This document shows positions 54,481-64,000 of a stretch of 64,000 nucleotides of DNA, in pieces. Below the pieces are notes generated by a model. The model did no database searches. It was not told the origin of the DNA and saw only the letters and a list, made by a program, of their open reading frames with translations. Source of the DNA: Octopus sinensis (taxonomy: Eukaryota). A program made the translations under genes and the position numbers. The stretch is from positions 86,614,001-86,678,000 of the forward strand of contig NC_043006.1 of assembly GCF_006345805.1 (NCBI RefSeq). Direction: 5' to 3'. Position 1 is the first letter of the stretch; every line of letters begins with the position of its first letter.

Positions 54481-55583
54481 AGGAATCTTTAAGAGGAGAG
54501 GGGGCATTGGAGATATGGTGATCTTGTGTCAGATTATGAATGTCAAAATTCATGTCACTGTGTGGAACCTTGGGTGAAGTTTTCTATTATAGCAATTGGT
54601 CAACAAGAACCTTGTAAATGAAACTGAGTTGATGAAAATTCTATAAATCCCTAGATTTGGATAGAAGTTGGGTGTTAAACCTTTAGTGACTCGGGATCAC
54701 CTAGCATCTGAAGACTGATTGAACAGATAAATTAAGTCCAATAGTTAATCTAACAGGCAAATGATAGTTTCAGACAGTTTATGGAATGCTAAGAGTGTGA
54801 TAAGGTACTACATAAAAGTCCTGGTCATCTGCTGCACCAAAACGTACCTCCAGCCATCTGGACTTTGTCTTCAAATCAAGGTGGGTTTGAATGAGAGGAC
54901 AAGGCTGATTTTACATTAGTGTGTCTCATTAATTCCAATTCAGACACAGTTCATTACATCACATGATATGAAGGTAATAACCCTAAGGATAAACAGACAC
55001 TGCAAAACAATCAGAGCAGATAATGGCAGCACATAATAGCTATTGTATATAACTATTCTGCAAATGCTTTAATTAATTGGTCACAAACTAGTTTGGGGTA
55101 ACTTTCTTGGGTTGGAAATCTTACAATTCTTCAGTGTTTTATTGATAATTTCCAGACAGCTTTGTTTAATCTTCGATTGTTAGAATTGAGAGATAGCAGC
55201 AATTTCAACATGATACAGAAGTAAAATTGAAAATTATATAATGTTATAAATTTGGATAAAATATTAGAGATTGACAATGGATCTATTTTAGCTGTCAACT
55301 TTGGTGCGGAAGTTATTACGTCTTCTCAATGATCATTTCTCTATCAACAACAACAATAGCAACAATAATAATACAAAAGTGGAGACATTACAGTTGCAAT
55401 TCTCTTTCTCTTCTCTACCTCCTCCTCATTAACACTACTAACAGCATCAAACCACATTCATCATTATTGGCTTACAGCAACTTAAAATTAATTGTAAAAG
55501 TTTATGATGTTTGAGTATTTTCTAATTATCTAAATGTATACATTTACTTAAATTAAATAAAATACATATACCTATATATATAT

Positions 55584-55791
55584 TCTTTTACTCTTTTACT
55601 TGTTTCAGTCATTTGACTGCAGCCATGCTGGAGCATCATCTTTATAGTCGAGCAAATTGACCCCAGAGCTTATTCTTTGTAAGCCTAGTACTTATACTAT
55701 TGGTCTCTTTTCCTGAAACGCTAAGTTACGGGTACGTAAACACACCAGCACTGGTTGTCAAGCGATGCTGGGGGCACAAACAGACACACAA

Positions 55792-55834
<43 letters not shown>

Positions 55835-56006
55835 TACACACACACACACACATACATATATGACGAGCTTCTTCCAGTTTCCGTCTACCAAATCCACTCA
55901 CAAGGCCCGAGGCTATAGTAGAAGACACCTGCCCAAGATGCCACGCAGTGGGACTGAACTTGGGACTATGTGATTGGAAGCAAGCTACTCACCACACAGC
56001 TACTCT
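55584..56006 (-). mobile_element. tRNA-head SINE family A
   Basis: Same family, with (CA)n expansion inside. Confidence 0.88.
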
Positions 56007-56028
56007 GTTTATATATATATATATATAG

Positions 56029-56348
56029 TGAAAGGTGCATGGTTTAGGGATGAGGGTGTTCAGCTTACAACCATAAAGAGGTGAGTTTGTTTCCTGGTGG
56101 TGTGTTGTGTCCTTGAGCAAGACACTTTGTTTCATGTTGCTCCAGTCCACTTGGCTGGGAAAAATGAGTTGTACCTGTACTTCAGAGGGCCAGCTCTTTG
56201 TTGCATTCTGTATCATAGCAAATCTCCCTGAGAATTATGTTAAGGGTACATGTGTCTACAGAATCCTCAGCCACTTGCACTTTCATGAGCAGGCTGTTTC
56301 ATTGATTGGATCCACTGGAACCTTTGTTGTTGTAACCAACGGGGAGCT
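56029..56348 (+). mobile_element. SINE with family C-type head/core
   Basis: GTCCTTGAGCAAGACACTTTG core; body differs from 14227-14557. Confidence 0.65.
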
Positions 56349-56568
56349 AAGTTTTTATATATGTGTGTGAGTATACAGACATATATACATACATGTATGT
56401 GTGTGTGTATATATAATTCCAAGAAAGTTAGAGGTTGTGAACCCAACCCACAATATACTGCTAGTAGAATACCCAATTATTAATACACAAGTGTTGTATA
56501 TTGCCTTGCAATTACATTACCGAGTGTACAAAAATGGGTGAAGGTAAAGAGATATTTTATCATTAATT

Positions 56569-56710
56569 TATATAGCAATAAGAAAATGGAGGGGATCAAT
56601 AGGTGGTTCATCAACTTTTAGATATTATATTATGTTTAAGTTAACATAATATAATGTCTAAAAGTTAACGAAACCCCTATTGATCCCCTCCATTTTTTTA
56701 TTGCTATATA
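56569..56710. repeat. Hairpin, ~68-bp arms with 6-nt loop, ending at (TA)n
   Basis: TATATAGCAATAAGAAAATGGAGGGGATCAATAGG... pairs with ...CCTATTGATCCCCTCCATTTTTTTATTGCTATATA. Confidence 0.88.
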
Positions 56711-56714
56711 TATA

Positions 56715-57149
56715 ATCAAAATCGAAATCGATCAATATCAATGGAAATTGTAGCTGTGATACCAGTGCCAGTGGCACGTAAGAGAACCATCCGAACATGG
56801 CCATTGCCAGCACCGCCCTGATTGGCCTCAGTGCCGGTGGCATGTGAAAAGCACCATCTGAGCGTGGCCATTGCCAGTCTTGCCTGGCCTCCGTGCTGGT
56901 GGCACATAAAAAGCACCATCCAATCGTGGCCATCTGCCAGCCTCGTCTGGCACCTGTGCCGGTGGCACGTAAAAAGCAACCACTACACTCATGGAGTGGT
57001 TGGCATTAGGAAGGGCATCCAGCTGTAGAAACACTGCCAGATCAGACTGGGCCTGGTGCAGCTTTCTGGCTTCCCAGACCCCAGTTGAACTGTCCAACCC
57101 ATGCTAATATGGAGAGCGGACGTTAGACGATGATGATGATGATGATGAT
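56715..57149 (+). mobile_element. RTE 3' UTR/tail copy
   Basis: Same UTR, array and (TGA)n tail as 30200-30791. Confidence 0.88.
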
Positions 57150-57618
57150 ATATACATATATGTATATATACATACATACGTAAGAGTCTGATTTTGTGGA
57201 AGCATTGGTGGAGTGTTCTAGTAAATATATGTGTGTGTGTATTCCTACTCTGTGAGTTTTGCTTAAGTAGAAAGTATGTATATTATATTTCCTATATTAA
57301 GAGAAGAGACTGTGTAACATATTATATACCCTTAGCTCACTATTATATGAACATATTCCTGAGGAAATGTGTACAAATACCATTGGAAGCTAAACCGACC
57401 CATTTTCTCTTCATAAAATAAAATGACTTGCATCAAATTAAACATTTGTTAGTTCAAAAACTTTGAAATTGTGCATGTTTGTGTCTGTCTGTCTTTCTCT
57501 CTCTCTATATATATGCATATGTATTTTGTCTTCAGCTTTAGAGTCTGGCATCTGCAAGGCTATGGTCTTTGTGGATGCAAAACCATTGGTCACTCTATGA
57601 ACAGACATTAACTTATTT

Positions 57619-57650
<32 letters not shown>

Positions 57651-57653
<3 letters not shown>

Positions 57654-57961
57654 TCATCATCATCATTTAACGTCCGATCTGGCAGTGTTTCTATGGCTGG
57701 ATGCCCTTCCTATTGCCAATCACACTGTGAGTGTAGTGGGTGCTGTTTACGTGCCACCGGCACAGGTGCCAGACGAGGCTGGCAGATGGCCACGATTGGA
57801 TGGTGCTTTTTATGTGCCACCAGCACGGAGGCCAGACGAGACTGGCAACGGCCATGCTCAGATGGTGCTTTTCACATGCCACCGGCACTGAGGCCAGTCA
57901 GGGCGGTGCTGGTAATGGCCACGTTCGGATGGTTCTCTTACGTGCCACTGGCACTGGTATT
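57651..57961 (-). mobile_element. RTE 3' UTR/tail copy with internal deletion near the tail
   Basis: Near-identical array to 56760-57030 in reverse; tail shortened at CGTCCG|ATCTGG. Confidence 0.85.
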
Positions 57962-57995
57962 GTGACATGAGATATATATATATATCTCATGTCAC

Positions 57996-58295
57996 GATCA
58001 TGTGACTGACCAGGCTATCAGATGTTGCTACATATCGCTGGTCACAATGCGCTTTGCTTTGTTTTAGCCTTCAAATGATGCCACCCTGCTGGCTAAGCGA
58101 GCAGGCCAACAGAAGAAAGAGTGAGAGAAAGTTGCGGCGAAAGAGTACAGCAGGGATCGCCACCATCCCCTGCCGGAGCCTTGTCGAGCTATAGGTGTTT
58201 TCGCTCAATAAACACTCACAACGACCGGTCTGGGAATCGAAACCACGATCCTACGACTGCGAGTCTGCTGCCCTAACCACTGGACCATTGCTCCT

Positions 58296-58297
<2 letters not shown>
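57996..58297 (-). mobile_element. SINE family B variant with a different 3' body
   Basis: Same head and GAGTGAGAGAAAGTTG core, but a distinct tail. Confidence 0.75.
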
Positions 58298-58670
<373 letters not shown>

Positions 58671-58859
58671 GACACACATGTAGTTTTGTACAGAAGAATC
58701 ATGTTCAACATGTTATAAAAGGAATCCTACATAGCAAATGGAAATTTATCATTAGTTGCTGTCATGGTTGCAATATTACGCAAGATTGATTATATTGAAT
58801 AATAATGAAATGTCTAAAAAGGAAGTATTAAAATTATTTGCTTACTCTATTCTTTGATA

Positions 58860-59200
58860 TTTGTTATTTCATATATATATATCTATATATATATAAATAC
58901 ACACATACATACATCTATATCTATCTATACATACATACATATACATATATATACATATTTATATATATATATACATATATACATATATACATATATATAC
59001 ATATATACATATATATATACACATATATATATATATATATATATACATACGTACATACATACATACCTATACATATACATACATATACATATATATACAT
59101 ATATATATACACATATATATACATATATACATATACATATATATATATATATATAATGATACATTACACATATATATAACTACAACTTACACATATACAT
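58860..59200. repeat. (TA)/(TACA) low-complexity tract
   Basis: Direct reading of the sequence. Confidence 0.95.
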
Positions 59201-59276
59201 ACACTCTCAGACAAATATTAGATACTCAACTCACTTCTTCTTTCCAATGTTGCATCTCTTTTAACAGAGTCCTTAG

Positions 59277-59467
59277 CATGCTCAGCAAAATGCTTAGTGG
59301 CATTTTGTGCATTTTTACGTTCTGGGTTCAAATTCTGCCAAGGTCATCTTAGTCTTTCATCCCTTTCAGGATCAATAAAATAAGTACCAGTTGATACATG
59401 GAGTTGATGTAAATCACTTACTCCCTCCCCAGAAATTGCTGGCTTTGTGCTAGAATTTGAAATCAAT
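59277..59467 (+). mobile_element. SINE family D
   Basis: AAATGCTTAG...GGGTTCAAATTCTGCC...ATAAAATAAGTACCAG...ATTGCTGGC. Confidence 0.72.
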
Positions 59468-60575
59468 ATATTCTTTGAGGAATAATAAAATAACTATAAT
59501 CAACAATGAAAAATGATTGCAGGGTCCTCAGTTTCACAATCCTGTGAAGATCTGCAGGGTCACCTGAGCCCTGACTCTCCTTCTCCAACTAACTTCATAG
59601 AAAATTCTCACTAATAACTTAGATTTATTTTACCCTTTATTTAGAAGTGCACTAATATTTTAATAATATATAATATATTGATAATAATGAGTTAAATTTG
59701 TATAATACTGTCTGAAAATATTGACATTTTGACATATGAAAATGTCCAAAAAAATAACTTATATATTCTGTATCAAACTGTTGCCATTAACTGAAATATT
59801 TCCGATAATTAACTTAGCATTACTCTCATCTTATATAATTTATTACTTACATTTTTCCATACTTTAAATACCTGTAGAGTAAATCAGTACAGTATGACTA
59901 TTATTCACTTTAACATTTCTTATTGTTTATTTAAGCATATAAATATTAGCTGAAATGAACACTGGCTGCACAGGCTTTTCTTAAATACAAGATTTGTTAT
60001 CTTGGGCAACTAGTAGACACACATAATTTTCTAAAAACTATTATTTCTATTTGTGTTTAACAAAGTTTGTTTTACAACCACATGGTTTCAAGTTCAGTCC
60101 CACTTTGCAGCAACCCAGATAAATCCAATGAACAAGAAGATCATGTTTTGCTCCAGTATTACAATTTGGGCATGATTTCTATGTCTAGATTCCTTTTCTG
60201 ATGTCAACCATTCTATAGAGTGTGCAGGGTGCTTTTTTCATGAGACTTGCCTTTATGAAGTCACCTTGTAGCTTGCAAGACTAAAGTGCCCACTTGACTG
60301 AGGGGAAGGATAAGAGGTCGGATAGAGGTAGAAAACATATTTGTTATCTGTAGAGAAGGTTCATAGCTACTTCGTATTTTAAATGGGTGGATAGAAGAGG
60401 CTGGAATGGAGCTGAAACAGAGTGATGATGAGGTGACAAAACACTCGTAGTAATTTGTAAGAAGAGAGTGTGGATGCAGAAGAACCAGTGAATGGCTTGG
60501 ATAAAGTTGAAAAAGCTTGGAAGGAAAATGAGGTGATATTAATGAGGAGTGGAGAAGTCAGATGTTTATAAGGGA

Positions 60576-60830
60576 CTAGACTTACTACCCAGTGTTGCCC
60601 GGTAAAGCATTCACAGAATTATTTGCCAGTTTTATGAAAAGAAATTCATGTTGCTTATGCATGCATATATATTTAACCTAACTTTTGGATTTATTTAATT
60701 GGAACTATTCAAACAATAGTAATCAATTTACATGAGTAGAAGCCTTTTTTTAAAACAATTTTTATCCTGAAAAGCCCCTATTACTTTTGTTTTAAAGTGA
60801 TAGAGGGGAGAAAGTGAAAGATGTATGAAT
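60576..60830 (-). mobile_element. Helitron-like 3' end; 5' extent uncertain
   Basis: Minus strand reads CCGGGCAACACTGGG-TAGTAAGT-CTAG|T, similar to the 28270-28297 end. Confidence 0.5.
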
Positions 60831-61641
60831 GTGTATATGAAATGGACATGTGTGTGTGTGTGAGAGAGAGAAAGAGAGCCATTTACACATACATGAGAAC
60901 ACACACATTCACCCTCTCTCTCTCTCACACACACCTGCACATATACATACAAAAAAGATGTATGCATGTGTATTGATGTATGTATGTATACATGACAACA
61001 CAACCCTTTACTCACTCTCTCTCTCTTTCACACACACATATCCATTTCATATACATGTACATACATCTTTCACTTTAAAACAAAAGTAAATAAATATAAA
61101 TTTTTTACAGAAATTAACATATTCTGGATGATAAAATCGCATTCAGTTAAAAATATTTCTAAATGATTAAAATATTGTGTGCATCAAAAAGCTGACATTT
61201 TTTTAGAGAGTGTGAAGACTGTGTGTATATGTCACAGATAGTGGACATGTGTTTGTATTGATTGACATACCATGACATCCATTTTTATGTGTGTACATTC
61301 TGTATGTGTGTAGACATCACGGAAACTGTATTTTGTTTTTGGTCAAGAAATAACAAACAACAATTGTGTTTAATAATTTAAATAGAGGTCCAAATGTCAA
61401 AAAAATTTGTACTGCACTGCCAAAGCTAAGTATGAAAATGAATATGTAAAAACAAATCAAGATAAAATATACAATTTCTGAGATATTTCGGTAACAGACA
61501 AACATCCTTACAGTTTTAGTATTATTGAGATGAATGCAGTGAATGGTGAACAGGGTTAGGTGTGGTTAATACAAGTTGTAGGGTGACAAGAATGAGTGAT
61601 GGATGCTACATATGTGTCTATGTGTGTACATAAGCATGTAT

Positions 61642-61685
<44 letters not shown>

Positions 61686-61771
61686 GTATATATATATGTA
61701 TATATATGTATATATATATAGATATAGATATGTGTATGTATAATACATATATATACATGCATATAGATATA

Positions 61772-61960
61772 TACATACACACTCATGTACACATACATAC
61801 ATATGTACATTCATACATGTACATTGCTGCTGCTGGCATAAATATATATATATATATATATATATACATACACACTCATGTACACATACATACATATGTA
61901 CATTCATACATGTACATTGCTGCTGCTGGCATAAATATATATATATATATATATATATAT
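61772..61960. repeat. Direct tandem duplication, 93-bp period
   Basis: TACATACACACTCATGTAC...GCTGCTGCTGGCATAAA(TA)n at 61772 and 61865. Confidence 0.93.
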
Positions 61961-64000
61961 TGATAAAACGGTAAGATAACAAAAGAAAGAAAGATACCTC
62001 AATATTATGTAAATAGAGGAAATTTATCTATACAATGATATGTTACATTACTCGGTAGTCAAGATAAAACTCTGAGTTTCAGATGCCGAAGTGGAAATCC
62101 ACAACACCATCTCTTTGGTTATCTGGCTATTTGAAAACGCTATGAAAAAATACCGTTAAATAAAGGGAAATTACTCTGTTATAACTCTGCTTGCCTGCGT
62201 ACTTATACATCGCTCGCATTTTTCATCATAAAAATTATATAAAAATACATAAAAAAATATATAAAAATATATAAATTCTTCTTGGGACATAACATAGAAA
62301 GCATGTTCTATCTGTTTTCTTTAGGGGACCAAAAACGTAACAGAAATTTAGTCACATGTGGGCATGATCCGAAAAGCTCTGTCCTTGTATTTAGACATGT
62401 AGTAGGGTCTAAGCTGCTTTTCCAGATAAGCCATCTCTCCATGTCGCATAGACCGCACCTTCCGCTGCCGTTGGTATAGGGCTTACATCTGGCCAAAATC
62501 TTCCATTGTATGTTATAATCGACACCTTTATCTCTTAAAGACCAAATATGATTAGATAATTGTGTCGCTTTTCTTTTGTTCCAGTGCCTAAAGCTCAAAG
62601 TGTGGTTATTGAACCTGGCCTTGAAATTACCCTCTGTAAGGCCCACGTATTTCTTCGTCGAAATGGTGTCTTTAGTGGTTATAGAGTTTACGGTAGCTTC
62701 ATATATGATGGTCTTGGACATGCAAGCTCCATTTAGCGGGCACAATTCTTTATTCCTGCATGAACAGCTGTTTTCTTGTTGTGTTTTTTGCATGTTATGT
62801 TTGATTATGTTTTTAAAATTGGTAGTTGAACTAAAACTAATTTTTAAATTGTGTCTATTGAAGAGCTTCCTATAAGTATGGTTAACTGGAAAATGTTTAT
62901 CTATCAGTGCTAGGAAATATTTACCTATATTGAAGGCCACCTTCCTATTTCTATTATTCCTTTTCCTTACTGTTGGGCTAGTGATAGGTGTATATTTTAT
63001 TTTTTCGCTAAAACCACTATCTTTTAAAGCCTTATTATAAACTGGGGCAATGCTATTGAAGATGTCCTCATCAGAGGAGAGGCTAGAAATCCTCTTACTA
63101 ATATTTTTAACTAAATTTTTGAATACTATAGGGGGATGGCATGAACCTACATTAATATAACTTAGTCTATCATTGGGCTTCCTATAAGGCTTATAAATAT
63201 TCTTATTAAGATCTAAGGAAACGTCTAAGAAATTGACAACCGTCAGGTTAGTATCTATAGTTATACTAAGTCCGAAGTGTTTCATTAACTGGATAATATC
63301 CTTCCTAAAACGATCTTGTGCTGGTCCATTTGTATTAGCTGTTAAGGTGAGGGCATCATCTTTGTAGATGGCGAAATGTACGTTAGGGAATGTCTTACCT
63401 AAGGTATCTAGGAGAAAAAGTCCAATTAGATCACAGATGCCTGCCCCATCATATGAACCCATGCTCACATCGAAAGCGCCCTCTGTGTCGGTGTTTTTTA
63501 CCCACTTTGCGTTCTCACTGAAAAGTAATGTCTTTCTAGCATGGAAGATTATGTCCTTATCATTGGTACTAATTTCTATGAAGTCGCTGGCGAAGATGAG
63601 GGCTTTATCTAGCAGTTCTTTAGAGATAGATGCATAAAAATCAACAATATCGAATTGTGTAAACCTCGCTTTTGTCTTATTCTTAATAGCTTTAAACCAG
63701 TCTACGACTTCTATACTATTGGACCATTGTACTAGCCTAGTATCGGTCTTAATTTTCGTATTTATTTTATCTAAAATTTCTTTGCTAATAATCCCAAGTT
63801 CTGACTTGGCTGGGTTGATAAGCCTACATTTAGGGTTGGAAAGAAAGTTTTCTTCGTGATCTTTAATAGTAATAAAGGCCTCTTTTTGGGGGAGGGCTTC
63901 TATTTTTTTATCTAATTTAAGTTTAGCGGCGATGACGCTAGCTTCTTTATTAATTCCGTTATATGTCTGTGCCCTAGCCTTAGTATAATTATTAATGATG
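61961..64000 (-). mobile_element. Penelope-like retroelement; 3' UTR ends in a (TA)n tract
   Basis: PLE ORF followed by a ~350-bp 3' UTR that runs directly into (TA)n at 61934-61960. Confidence 0.88.
62308..63999 (-). CDS. Penelope-like element polyprotein (RT + C-terminal GIY-YIG endonuclease), 5'-partial at window edge
   Basis: Manual translation shows the frame of the tracked ORF 62308-63468 stays open upstream to 63999 (564 codons including stop). RT motifs: FDIVDFYASI, MGSYDGAGICDLIG, IYKDDAL, FLDV, YRKP, HP. Endonuclease: IIYEAT...KKYVGLT, FKARFNNH, plus Cys clusters CSCRNKELCPLNGAC, CGLC and CPH. Confidence 0.93.
   Translation of the reverse strand: MINNYTKARAQTYNGINKEASVIAAKLKLDKKIEALPQKEAFITIKDHEENFLSNPKCRLINPAKSELGIISKEILDKINTKIKTDTRLVQWSNSIEVVDWFKAIKNKTKARFTQFDIVDFYASISKELLDKALIFASDFIEISTNDKDIIFHARKTLLFSENAKWVKNTDTEGAFDVSMGSYDGAGICDLIGLFLLDTLGKTFPNVHFAIYKDDALTLTANTNGPAQDRFRKDIIQLMKHFGLSITIDTNLTVVNFLDVSLDLNKNIYKPYRKPNDRLSYINVGSCHPPIVFKNLVKNISKRISSLSSDEDIFNSIAPVYNKALKDSGFSEKIKYTPITSPTVRKRNNRNRKVAFNIGKYFLALIDKHFPVNHTYRKLFNRHNLKISFSSTTNFKNIIKHNMQKTQQENSCSCRNKELCPLNGACMSKTIIYEATVNSITTKDTISTKKYVGLTEGNFKARFNNHTLSFRHWNKRKATQLSNHIWSLRDKGVDYNIQWKILARCKPYTNGSGRCGLCDMERWLIWKSSLDPTTCLNTRTELFGSCPHVTKFLLRFWSPKENR

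Noticed and set aside
62576-63637. Plus-strand ORFs 62576-62875 and 63368-63637
   Set aside because: Antisense shadows of the PLE ORF.

Overview
This is AT-rich eukaryotic genomic DNA made almost entirely of microsatellites and interspersed repeats. The repeat landscape resembles an octopus/coleoid cephalopod genome; that is an inference from repeat style, not a database match. I cannot support any host protein-coding gene, true tRNA/rRNA gene or CRISPR array, and nearly all short ORFs in the track are translated microsatellites or antisense repeat frames. Supported elements: a Penelope-like retroelement (PLE; RT plus C-terminal GIY-YIG) whose frame is open from the window end to 62308; decayed RTE and CR1 LINE pieces; at least four tRNA-head SINE families; a mariner pseudogene; a Tc1 end; and a non-autonomous Helitron. 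The most interesting unexplained structure is a set of long fold-back (inverted-repeat) elements, mostly abutting (TA)n tracts. Two of them carry recognisable type I hammerhead-ribozyme motifs, and further hammerhead-like motifs occur at 19068-19103 and in the PLE 3' UTR. This suggests a PLE-mobilised, ribozyme-carrying, non-autonomous hairpin element system (inference, untested).
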